A DNA stretch of 40,041 nt from a virus: IMG/VR virus record IMGVR_UViG_3300046390_000025, positions 1 to 40,041 of that record; one strand, given 5' to 3'. The translations under genes were made by a program, and so were the position numbers. This document shows, piece by piece, positions 1-8,600 of this stretch. Every line of letters starts with the position of its first letter. Positions within the stretch are counted from its first letter, which is position 1. The notes under the pieces are model-generated. The model was not told the origin of the DNA. It made no database searches and saw only the letters and a program-made list of their open reading frames with translations.

Positions 1-127
1 ATTCGGCGTAAGTTTGGAGTTGCAATACAGCGCTAAGCTTGAAGCGGCCGGATCTGATACATCTGGCCGTTTCCTTTTATGGGAAAGCTCCCGATGGCGG
101 AGAACGCATGCTTTTCGGGTGAACTGA
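1..127. repeat. Left copy of an exact 127-bp terminal direct repeat (identical to 39915..40041)
   Basis: Bases 1-127 (attcggcgtaagtttgg...cgggtgaactga) recur base for base at 39915-40041. Compared by eye. Confidence 0.95.
45..78 (+). terminator. Putative intrinsic terminator / stable hairpin inside the terminal repeat (second copy at 39959..39992)
   Basis: 9-bp stem cggccggat/atctggccg (one G-T pair), 7-nt loop ctgatac, followed by tttccttttat. The T-rich tail is only on the plus strand. Confidence 0.4.
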
Positions 128-246
128 GAATCTGTTTCCCATAGTCTAACCTCCTGTTATCGCTAACCGGCACACCAGCCATTAAGTGACGCATTTCTCA
201 CAATCGCAAGAAAAAACTAGGTAATTTGCACAAAATTTTTCTTTTG

Positions 247-292
247 CGTCCAGCCAGCGTATGGACGACATACTTGTACATACCATATATGG
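247..292. promoter_or_regulatory. Two palindromes upstream of the plus-strand RHH gene (candidate operators)
   Basis: CGTCCA-n9-TGGACG at 247-267 and the perfect 10-bp palindrome CCATATATGG at 283-292, 25-70 bp upstream of the 317/341/359 start candidates. Confidence 0.3.
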
Positions 293-316
293 CCCTAAAA
301 CCCCTTTCGTATTACT

Positions 317-604
317 TTGGTACGAACGACTTTAGGGCGAATGAAGGTCGACGTGAAGATGACATTTAAGGTTACCGAAGAAGATCGGGAAAATTTTCGA
401 AAGGATACGCCGATCGCCAGCAAACTTCTGGGCAGAAAGCCGGACGATGAGATAAATAAATCCGTGATCGTGCGCGCGGCGATCCGCAATCTTCACGAAT
501 CTGTTCAACAAGGCTTTGTTCCTAAATGGCTGGTCGATTATTCCGAGACCGAACAGCCAACAACAAACAAAACTAAGCCAAAGACTAAACGGCCAAAGAA
601 ATGA
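317..604 (+). CDS. Small ribbon-helix-helix-like DNA-binding protein (candidate lysogeny regulator). Start uncertain: TTG 317, ATG 341 or ATG 359.
   Basis: MTFKVTEEDRENFRK (beta strand) followed by helices ...SVIVRAAIRNLHES resembles a CopG/Arc/MetJ N-terminus. Lys/Pro-rich basic tail. One of few plus-strand genes, convergent with the integrase. Confidence 0.55.
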   Translation: MVRTTLGRMKVDVKMTFKVTEEDRENFRKDTPIASKLLGRKPDDEINKSVIVRAAIRNLHESVQQGFVPKWLVDYSETEQPTTNKTKPKTKRPKK

Positions 605-617
605 TTTCTGGCGAGAA

Positions 618-1796
618 CTAAGCCACCATCGGCACAATCTTGCGTGCTGAGTCCGGCCGGATCGAGAACCAAGCGCGGCCGAGTTCGGGGTCGTCAATGC
701 CTACATCAACGTAGTACCGTTTCGCAGTGACCTCGGTATCGCCCAATGCCCGAGCTACATCACCCAGAGAACGGAAAGAAGCTCCATAGGACGCATAGGA
801 ATTGCGCAGGGCATTCTCTGGCACCTTGAGGCCAAGCTCATCAAGCAAAACGGCCTTCTCGCGTTGTAGGGTCGATTGTGAAATAGCAATGACCGGTCCT
901 TCGCTCTTAGAGACCAATTGCAACCATTCGCGAGCTGCTGGCTCAAGCGGAATCGTTCGCCGACGATCGTCCGCAAGCGTCTCCTTGGCAACCTCGTGCC
1001 GAATCCGGATCTTGCCGTTTTTGAAATCAACGTCGCGCCATTCGATCCGCGGATCTTGTTCTATTGGCTGTGATGAAATTAGCTCGCATCGACGTAACCC
1101 GGCCAAGCCACCGAGCACAAAATAGGGAAGAAGTCGCGGAAATCTTTCGGCACAAGCGAATAAAATTCGCCGGAAATCCTCGACCGCGAGAAAACCTTTT
1201 TTCGATTTCCATTTATCCAGGCGTTCGGCATTGGCCAAAGGATGAGAACTGACATACCCCTTTTTCATTGCCCACTTGAAAAAGGCGTGCAGATTCGACC
1301 ATTGCGATTTACGGGTGCCACTGGTCTTAAATCGCTTAAAATAAACATCGGTGATCATTTCTTCGGTCACCTCGACGATTGGCAACTTCGGACTTACGTC
1401 GATACAAAAACGGTTCAGGGTTGAACGATATTTTCTTCGGGTCACTGGGTGCTTTCCAGTATCCTCTTGATGCGCCTGAAAGGCCAGACAAGCCTCGTGA
1501 ATGGTTGCACTTGGCTTTTTGAGTGTTGCCATCATTCGCCGATGCTGACTCAAAGATTCAAGCGCCTTATTAAAGTCGCCAGCGTAATCCGTTTTGACCA
1601 ATTGTAAAAAGGCCAAAGCATCATCGCTCAAATCTTCTGCTGGATCGATCCCACGGTTACGGGTGATTTCTGTTGCTTTGGCTTCCGCCGTGCTCTTTGA
1701 ATCAAAAAACCGGACCTGCCTTTTAGCCGTCCCGCTCCATTTTGGCGGAATGATAATGCGATATTTTCCCGATTGTTTGTCTTTGGTTACCTTCAT
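618..1796 (-). CDS. int: Tyrosine recombinase / phage integrase (392 aa)
   Basis: C-terminal catalytic-domain pattern: GLAGLRRCEL (Arg I), NALRNSYASY (box II Arg), LGDTEVTAKRYY (Tyr nucleophile). The N-terminus KYRIIIPPKWSGTAKRQVRFFDSKSTAEA resembles the three-stranded-sheet arm-binding domain. Adjacent to the tRNA fragment. Confidence 0.9.
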   Translation of the reverse strand: MKVTKDKQSGKYRIIIPPKWSGTAKRQVRFFDSKSTAEAKATEITRNRGIDPAEDLSDDALAFLQLVKTDYAGDFNKALESLSQHRRMMATLKKPSATIHEACLAFQAHQEDTGKHPVTRRKYRSTLNRFCIDVSPKLPIVEVTEEMITDVYFKRFKTSGTRKSQWSNLHAFFKWAMKKGYVSSHPLANAERLDKWKSKKGFLAVEDFRRILFACAERFPRLLPYFVLGGLAGLRRCELISSQPIEQDPRIEWRDVDFKNGKIRIRHEVAKETLADDRRRTIPLEPAAREWLQLVSKSEGPVIAISQSTLQREKAVLLDELGLKVPENALRNSYASYGASFRSLGDVARALGDTEVTAKRYYVDVGIDDPELGRAWFSIRPDSARKIVPMVA

Positions 1797-1812
1797 TCGA
1801 TTACCTTCTAAA

Positions 1813-1848
1813 AGTTCAGTACGGCGTTATCTAGTTCATTTACTGAAC
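1813..1848. repeat. Candidate integrase arm-type sites, left of the attP core
   Basis: AGTTCAG at 1813-1819 is the exact reverse complement of CTGAACT. Inverted pair AGTTCAtttacTGAAC at 1833-1848, flanked by direct ATCTAG copies at 1829 and 1851. Confidence 0.4.
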
Positions 1849-1960
1849 AAATCTAGATATTTTTTGACGTTTTTGTCACTATTTGTCTCGCATGGGAAGG
1901 GTTGAAATTCCAAGAGTAGCGCCTTCGGAGATCCTTTACTAGAGCCATTCCTGAGGGAAA

Positions 1961-2006
1961 CTACCGCGCATGGATTCGAACCATGAATAACGCCTCCAAA
2001 GAGCGT
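1961..2006 (-). other. 3-prime half of a tRNA-Gln(UUG)-like gene. Putative attP core, not a complete tRNA.
   Basis: The minus strand reads ACGCT-CTTTGGA-GGCGT (anticodon arm, anticodon TTG), TATT (variable loop), CATGG-TTCGAAT-CCATG (canonical T arm), CGCGGTA (3-prime acceptor strand ending in A72), G (discriminator). No matching 5-prime acceptor or D arm lies upstream. Confidence 0.6.
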
Positions 2007-2054
2007 ACTTCATTTTGCAATCTCCCGAGGAAAAATTAAAAAACCAAAATTTTC

Positions 2055-2072
2055 CTGAACTGATACTGAACT
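2055..2072. repeat. Candidate integrase arm-type sites, right of the attP core
   Basis: Direct repeat CTGAACTgataCTGAACT with 11-bp spacing, about 30 bp upstream of the HNH gene ATG. Confidence 0.4.
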
Positions 2073-2102
2073 TTTCCGTAAAGCTATTTGAGGGAAAAGT
2101 CA

Positions 2103-2798
2103 ATGAAAGTCATATTTATTCAAGGCCACAGGAATCTTCATTGGAGGATTATTATTCCTCCACGGTTGACTGGAACAGGGAAACGCGAATGCAGATTCTT
2201 TGAAACGGAGGAACAAGCAAATGAAGCAATCCAAATGTTGCCCAGAATCAACGCGCTTAAAGAATTGGAAATCGAAGCAAATATCGAATCAATCATGGCA
2301 GCAATTGAGAAACTCAACGGCTTTGAAAGATACAATCTTCTGAGAAGACTTAACCGTTCTGCAGCACGTGAACGACGCCAAACATGTTTAATGAAAGGCA
2401 AAAAAATCACTGTAAATGATCGACCGAAAAGCTCGATCCGTTATCAAACGAATCTCCAATATAAGCTGCGCACTTCCTTAAGTAATCGGCTCAATGAACT
2501 TGTAAAAGCCGGTCAAGCCAATGGCGGTCGCATTATTGATCTTCTTGGCTGCACGATTCCTGAGTTCATGACGTACTTAGAAGGTCAATTCGTGGAAGGA
2601 ATGGCTTGGAATAATTATGGGCCAGTCTGGCATATCGACCATATCCGACCTTGCTCCAGTTTTGACCTGAGAGATCCTGAGCAGCAAAAACGCTGCTTCC
2701 ATTGGACGAATCTCAAAGCCCTTTTGGCAATTGAAAATCTCCGCAAGGGGAAGAATTTAATTTCCTTCGTCGCCGGTCGAAGCAATATTAAACAGTAA
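2103..2798 (+). CDS. HNH endonuclease with an integrase-like (AP2/arm-binding-like) N-terminal domain (231 aa from ATG 2103; the track ORF starts at TTG 2088)
   Basis: HNH core WHIDHIRPCSSF...HWTNLKALLAIENLRKGKN. The N-terminus HWRIIIPPRLTGTGKRECRFFETEEQANEA parallels the integrase N-terminus. GAGGGA lies 8 nt upstream of ATG 2103. Confidence 0.85.
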   Translation: MKVIFIQGHRNLHWRIIIPPRLTGTGKRECRFFETEEQANEAIQMLPRINALKELEIEANIESIMAAIEKLNGFERYNLLRRLNRSAARERRQTCLMKGKKITVNDRPKSSIRYQTNLQYKLRTSLSNRLNELVKAGQANGGRIIDLLGCTIPEFMTYLEGQFVEGMAWNNYGPVWHIDHIRPCSSFDLRDPEQQKRCFHWTNLKALLAIENLRKGKNLISFVAGRSNIKQ

Positions 2799-2806
2799 TA
2801 TTTTTC

Positions 2807-2983
2807 ATGACGCCTGAGCAAGTACACGAAGAACTGCAAACCGCGATGCGCGAACTGCGCCTTGAACTGCGGGAAATGCGCGTTGATATCCGTGAGCAAC
2901 TGCAGCGAATTAAGCTGCTTATTTGGCTGCCGGTCGCAACCGGATTAATTCAAATCATGGTGTCCTTGATAACTCATAAGTAA
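2807..2983 (+). CDS. 58-aa coiled-coil protein with a C-terminal TM segment (below the track cutoff)
   Basis: My translation: MTPEQVHEELQTAMRELRLELREMRVDIREQLQRIKLLIWLPVATGLIQIMVSLITHK. Its TAA stop directly abuts the ATG of the next gene (taaATG at 2981-2986). Confidence 0.5.
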   Translation: MTPEQVHEELQTAMRELRLELREMRVDIREQLQRIKLLIWLPVATGLIQIMVSLITHK

Positions 2984-3274
2984 ATGAACTACGACACCGT
3001 ACTGCCGGATAAAATCCTGCACCGTTACCGCCGCCGTCGCTTCCAGTGGATCAAGCGAAGCCTCGCAATCGGCGCTTTTGCGTTGACCGGTCTAGCGCTT
3101 ATCTGCTTGCTGGCATTGATTAAACCAACCACCCTGCGGCAACGACAGGAAACGCTGCGTAATCAGGAAATCATCCACCAAGCAATCTATGGTGTCAGTC
3201 CCACCCCGCCACAGGCGCCTCGGGCTACTTTGGTAAAATTGCCGGACAATTGGAACAACGTTTGCACTCCTTAA
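2984..3274 (+). CDS. 96-aa single-pass membrane protein, unknown function
   Basis: Hydrophobic span SLAIGAFALTGLALICLLALI after a basic stretch RYRRRRFQWIKR. Tightly packed behind the 58-aa ORF. Confidence 0.6.
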   Translation: MNYDTVLPDKILHRYRRRRFQWIKRSLAIGAFALTGLALICLLALIKPTTLRQRQETLRNQEIIHQAIYGVSPTPPQAPRATLVKLPDNWNNVCTP

Positions 3275-3507
3275 ATAGTGAAAACTAAACGATTAATAAC
3301 ACCGGATAAAGAATACTGGAACCTTTTCCGAAAGCACCAAAGGAAAATAGGTTTATGGGAAGTCCCGCACGTCAAAACTAAAGTTCAGCAAAGTCGGGTC
3401 GTAACAGTTAGCTAGTCTTTAAACAATCTCGCGCGTCACGAGATAGGAAAGCAACGACCGCACGGCGCAGGCAGCGCGCAGTAAAAAGTGAGTCTGCCAG
3501 GATCTTA

Positions 3508-3540
3508 CCGGTTCACCTCAAAGAACCGGCTTTTTTCTTT
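3508..3540 (+). terminator. Rho-independent terminator
   Basis: 7-bp stem ccggttc/gaaccgg, 8-nt loop acctcaaa, then cttttttcttt. It ends 3 nt before ATG 3543. Confidence 0.7.
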
Positions 3541-3542
3541 CA

Positions 3543-4010
3543 ATGCAAAACGAGACTACAATTCAACAAGAATGCTATAACCGATGGCTTGCGCGAAGAA
3601 TGGCCGAGCTTAAGCTCGACAAGCTATCACGGCTTGCCGATCCTGCTCGTAATAACAATCCACATGAGCGTGCTGTCGCGAGCGCCAAGTTCGCCGCACT
3701 CAATGCTAGACTCAATGTGCGATCGCAATCATCTGTGCCACGCGATAACAGAGGTCCGATACAATACTGCTGGGAAGAATCGGAGCTCTATACGAAAATC
3801 TGCCTGATAGTAAGCCCTATAGTGCTTTCGATATGGATTTTCGGCTTTATGAATCCACATCCCACTCCAGATAAACCTCTCACAGCGGAAGAAAAGATTA
3901 AGGCCGAACGCCTCTCTAAAATAGACGCAGCAATGGACGCTCTCCAGAACGAGCGAGACGAAATAGAGCCTCCTCCTGAACCTGAACCACCTGACGTCGA
4001 TTATCCTTAA
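3543..4010 (+). CDS. 155-aa membrane protein, unknown function
   Basis: TM span ICLIVSPIVLSIWIFGFM, acidic Pro-rich C-terminus EIEPPPEPEPPDVDYP. No Shine-Dalgarno. Convergent 4-nt overlap with the 531-aa minus-strand gene. Confidence 0.55.
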   Translation: MQNETTIQQECYNRWLARRMAELKLDKLSRLADPARNNNPHERAVASAKFAALNARLNVRSQSSVPRDNRGPIQYCWEESELYTKICLIVSPIVLSIWIFGFMNPHPTPDKPLTAEEKIKAERLSKIDAAMDALQNERDEIEPPPEPEPPDVDYP

Positions 4011-5602
4011 CGCCCGACCTGCGCATGCCCGTACCGGGTCCGATGCGGCGTAGAGTCCTTAACCGCTTTTGGTCCCTCGCCCGCCGCAAAGGAAATAGCG
4101 CTGACCACGGCAGCCCGTATCCACATCGAAGCGTCTCCAACACTCATCCCGGCTTTACGCAACTGTTCGAAAACGTACTGAGCCCCGGACTCCAGCGGAA
4201 TCGGGGCATGACTCCAGGCGTATTCCCCCCAGGACATACGCGGATGCTTAGCCGCCTCCGCCGGCGTTTGTTTCGCCATGTTCCAAGGTAACGGACGCTC
4301 TGGGAAACCTTTTCCGGTCCACAGTTCCTGCCCTAATTTTATAGCCGGGGTAGCTTTGTTCAAAAAATAGTCCTCAATCTGGCGCAGCCGGTATGCATCC
4401 CTGAGAGACTGTAATTTAGCCGGAGAACCCCCCCCCTTTCCAACCTGCATGCCTTGCGCGGCCAGGTCTTCGGGCGTCATGTTTTGGGCAGCTATGATCT
4501 GGCCGATAAGTTTAATCTCGGCATGCATTGCTCCTGGAATCCCCCAGCGAAAACCCCAACCTTTAAACGCCAGCCAATCACTCTTGGACGGATCGTTCCA
4601 GTTGATCTGATCTTTCTGGCCTGTCGCCGCCAACATTGCCTGGTTAGCATACAGCATCCCCGAATAGGTGACTGCAGCTGCCACGGCACCTTGCAGCCGT
4701 TGCTGGGCCACCGCTTTTTCGCCTGGAGTCGCTTTACTCCAATTAACCCAAGTAGATATCGTTTTGAGCGGGTCACCAACTAACCGGTTCCAGTAGGACT
4801 GCGTAAGTTTCGGCCCGAAAAAAGCTTTGGAAAGGTAGCGACTGGCAGTAAACACACCTTCTCCACTTCCCGTAGCGTGATTGGCCCAGAGCGCCAGTTG
4901 GGTGCCAAGCGAATCGATATCCGCAGTCGACATCCCCGGCTTAGTATGCCGGTCCATCGCTGCTTGCCATAAACGGAATCTGGTTTCAACCAAGGCAGCC
5001 CAGGCTCGGTCGTTTATTTTTCCGCCTCCGCTCTCGTTACCGTGCGTGCTGAAGTCCAGTTTGCTTCTTTGGGCCAACGTAAAGCGCGGATCCCTGGCCA
5101 TTGTGTCCCTCAGTATTTCAGCCTCGCCTTTATTGAAAGCGTTCCTCCACGTATTAAAGACCAACCGGCCGAACGCTTTCCACCTGAGCGGATTAAGCGT
5201 TAACGCGCCCCCGTGTGTAAACGGGAACGCGGCAAAGTGAAAGCCGCCACCAAGTGTAACGTACCTTGGACCAGCGATTACCATATCCGCGGCTTTCGCC
5301 AAGATGTTGGAATTCTGGTTTTTAACTAGCTGCTTGGCTTGCGACTGGATATTGCGCCGATTGGCTTGCGCAGCCCAGGCCGCGTCACTGGCTCGTTTAA
5401 AAGGCGTTTTCCGAGCTGCCAGAAATTCGTTGAGCCACGGTTCTTTAGCGGCTCCCCCGAAGTAGTGGTTATTGAACGTTTCGCGAACCTGCTCAATAGG
5501 CATGCCATGATCGATGGCGTTCTCCTTGACCCATTTCCACATCGCCAGGCGCTCCCGATCGGTCAGCTTACCGATAGGGTTTGGTCCGGAGTAGCAGCTC
5601 AT
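4007..5602 (-). CDS. 531-aa protein, last gene of the late operon (probable virion/ejection-associated protein)
   Basis: Long ORF, ATGA-coupled to the 1575-aa gene (5602/5599). I recognise no family motif. Confidence 0.75.
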   Translation of the reverse strand: MSCYSGPNPIGKLTDRERLAMWKWVKENAIDHGMPIEQVRETFNNHYFGGAAKEPWLNEFLAARKTPFKRASDAAWAAQANRRNIQSQAKQLVKNQNSNILAKAADMVIAGPRYVTLGGGFHFAAFPFTHGGALTLNPLRWKAFGRLVFNTWRNAFNKGEAEILRDTMARDPRFTLAQRSKLDFSTHGNESGGGKINDRAWAALVETRFRLWQAAMDRHTKPGMSTADIDSLGTQLALWANHATGSGEGVFTASRYLSKAFFGPKLTQSYWNRLVGDPLKTISTWVNWSKATPGEKAVAQQRLQGAVAAAVTYSGMLYANQAMLAATGQKDQINWNDPSKSDWLAFKGWGFRWGIPGAMHAEIKLIGQIIAAQNMTPEDLAAQGMQVGKGGGSPAKLQSLRDAYRLRQIEDYFLNKATPAIKLGQELWTGKGFPERPLPWNMAKQTPAEAAKHPRMSWGEYAWSHAPIPLESGAQYVFEQLRKAGMSVGDASMWIRAAVVSAISFAAGEGPKAVKDSTPHRTRYGHAQVGR

Positions 5603-8600
5603 GACGCACCCCCAGGGCAGGGAAGATCTTTCATGATTTCCATTAGCCGGGTACGGATCTGATCGTCAGCCGGCATAACTTTTCCCTGAATCTCTTTTCC
5701 AATCTCTTTGCCCAAATTGTTCAGCGCCACGCGTTCGGCATCCGCGGTTTTGCTTACCACATCAGCCATTTGCTTTAATTTGGGTTCAAGATTAGCCGGC
5801 GCTTCTTTATTGTTGCCCTTTAGATAGGCTTCCTTCATTCCGTTAAAAGTGGTGTAATCAAGTGGAATCTCCCGTTGCAGGGCTCTACCCGAATCGCTCC
5901 AGACCTGTTTAAATTTCTTGATCGGCCCATTGTGAAAAGCGGTCACTGCATCCGCTGCGGCCCTAGCTTGAGCTTGTAGTTGCGGATTAGTCGGATCAGC
6001 GGTTGCCGCCCTGGAAGCGGCTCTGGCCTGCTCACTCAAGAGCGCTTCCTTCGACCTGATTGCAGCGCCTTGCTGGTCAAGATCGCCGCCTTTACCTTTT
6101 ACGAAATTGTCAATCAGCCCCTCCCTTTGCGCCGGGCTCATCTGCAGCCCCTGCTGCACCATATCCTCGGTAGATTGCCCCTGGCTGGGATCAATCTGAC
6201 CAAGCTCACCTGCAGCCATACGTTCTTGAACATATCGGTTGGCAATAGCGCTAGTTATGGGTTCAGCCTCGCTCATGGTCCCCGGTAAAACCGGCTCAGT
6301 CGCCTGGCTGAGTTCTCTTTGGGCTTGAGCCCAATCATCTAGCGCGGTGCCAGGCTCGCCATTTTTGGTACGTTCGTCGTAGATCTCATAAGCGCGCCGC
6401 GCTACATCTTCCTGAGTGACCGCTCGAGCCGGCGGACGAGTTACATCGGTAATCTCATTCCCGAAATGAACCTTACTGCCGCCTTGCCACATTTCGACTG
6501 GCATCAACCCGACCTCTGGCGCAGTGCGTCCGTTTACTACAGTTCTGCGCTCAAATTTGCCTGCATCTGGTCCTTCCACGTATTTGAGGCCAAAACGACC
6601 ATCACCCAAAGGTGCAATAATAGTCTTTGGGCCCCCACGCGCTTGGAACTCCGCAAGCTTTTGGGCATCCTCTGGAGTAACGAAAAATGTCTGTTCGGAA
6701 CGTGGCTGAAGACCTTGATCAGCTACGCCGTGCTCGGGGTGATAAGCTTTATTGCGGGTCGTTGTTCCGTCATCATGAAGAACGTAGGTCGAACCTTTGG
6801 CAGTAGTGAAAGTCGTTCCTCCTTCAACTGGTGCTGACGGAGGTTGTTCTTCCGGTATCCGCGCCTCGACCTCGCGCCACATGATGGGCAGCTTTAACGC
6901 TCCGGGCGCTCTGACCTGCGGGTTACGAACCGCGTTAAACGCATCCTGGGCGCGTTGCAGCTCTAATGCCGTGTAAACCGTTGGTCCATCCTGGAAAGCC
7001 CTGTAAGACTGCATTAAGCGCGTTGTGGAGCCAAATGAATAGGGCAGGCCTTGGGGCAAGAAACGTTCCAACTCGTACCTGAACCGATCAGTCTCAAGAT
7101 TTCTCGCCGTCAAAGCGGCCATCCGATCAGCCACTTGCTTAGCTTCATAATCATTAAGATCCGGGAACACATTATGGGCCACAACCTTCAGAACGTCATC
7201 GGCTTGCTCTGGTGCAATGTTTCGAGGCGGTTCAGGTCCCAGGACATCGATCGCCGATAATGGACGCTTAGTTAACTGGGGCTCTTCAGTGGTAACCAAC
7301 GGCGGCTGCACCGCCTCATCTTTCGGAGCCGGTTTAATTCCCTCAGGCCGGACGCCAGGTTCTCGAGCGCCATGCACGACCCCGCCAACTACTCCTGGCA
7401 CAGCTTGCACCGCTCCCGCCCCAGCAGCTTGCAATACTCCTTCGGCGGTGGGTCTACCTTCGGCAACGTTAATCCCAATCTGCTGCGCGGCTCCTGCCGT
7501 GCCGCCTATGCCAAGATGCGCTAAAGCGCTTAACCCGATTCGTTGAACCGGGTTTTCAATTGCACCGGTCAAACCCCCAAGTTTGCCGCCGGCCAATCGA
7601 TTCAAAACTTCCGCCGGCACGATCTGCGCCATGGTGCTGCCTGCCGCCCTGGCCTTCAGTTCATCCTCGCTCATGCCAGGATTGTCTTGGCGAAGCCGCG
7701 CAACTGTGCCCTGATAAATTTCAGAAAGCATCAATGACTGACCAATTGGCCCGGTAACACCCTCGATAACGTTTTTGGGGAGCTGCGCAAACTGGTCAGC
7801 CCACCAGCCCGCGGCCGTACCCTGCAACCGCGGATCAGGCCGCAACGCCTTCGTGTTGACTTCAACCTGGCGCGCGATCTCTGCCTGCTGGCGTTTTTGA
7901 TACTCCGGGTTCGCCATGCGGCTGGCGCTGTCGGCTATGTCAACCGGGTTCAACGCTGCTAGCGCCGGATTGTTCGGATCCAGAGTCCCGATCAAATGAT
8001 TGATCGTCGCTGCGCGTGTCGGCTCATCTTGAATTGACGTAATCGAATTAATGAACGCTTTGCGTCCTTCTATGGTGGCTTCGGGATGAAGGGCTTTAGC
8101 CAGCATATCGAGCCGGTTCTGATCGATAGTGACCGCCGACTGGTTAAATGCCGTAACCGCCTGATTGAGGTACGGAAGAGCTTTATCCTTTATCTCGCCA
8201 AAGAAAGTGCCGGCGTCTGGCGATGACATAATCTTGGCCAAAGCTTCCTTTGGATCTTTGATCCCGTAATAATCCTGGGCGTACTTGGTAGCTTCATCTT
8301 TGACCGCTTGCTGGTAATTTCGGCGCATTGCATCCGGAACGCCTTCAATCGGTTGATCTAAGCGATTGATTAATGCCGGCAACGATTGGTTTTGTTCGGG
8401 TAACTGCGCAATCGTAGCCCGGAAATTCTGCTGGTTAAATGCGTCGGCTTGCTGGCGTGCTGCGCCTTCTGCGCTGGGTACAACCGGCTTGAAAGTGTAC
8501 CCCAGCTTCGGCACAATCTTCTGCACCCCGGGCTGCAACGTACTGGAATCAAATCCTTGGCGAATTGCCGCTTGTTCATCGGCCCAGAGTTGCGGATTCT

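Noticed and set aside
1-127. The terminal repeat as a biological DTR defining the packaging ends
   Set aside because: It cannot be distinguished from an assembler k-mer overlap using sequence alone. It is reported only as evidence for closure.
1921-2050. Complete tRNA gene
   Set aside because: Only the anticodon arm through the discriminator is present. The 26 nt upstream on the minus strand cannot form an acceptor 5-prime strand (TACCGCG is absent) or a D arm.
3382-3388. An extra copy of the arm-type heptamer AGTTCAG, far from attP
   Set aside because: A 7-mer is expected about five times by chance in 40 kb on both strands. Only the cluster around 1813-2072 is meaningful.
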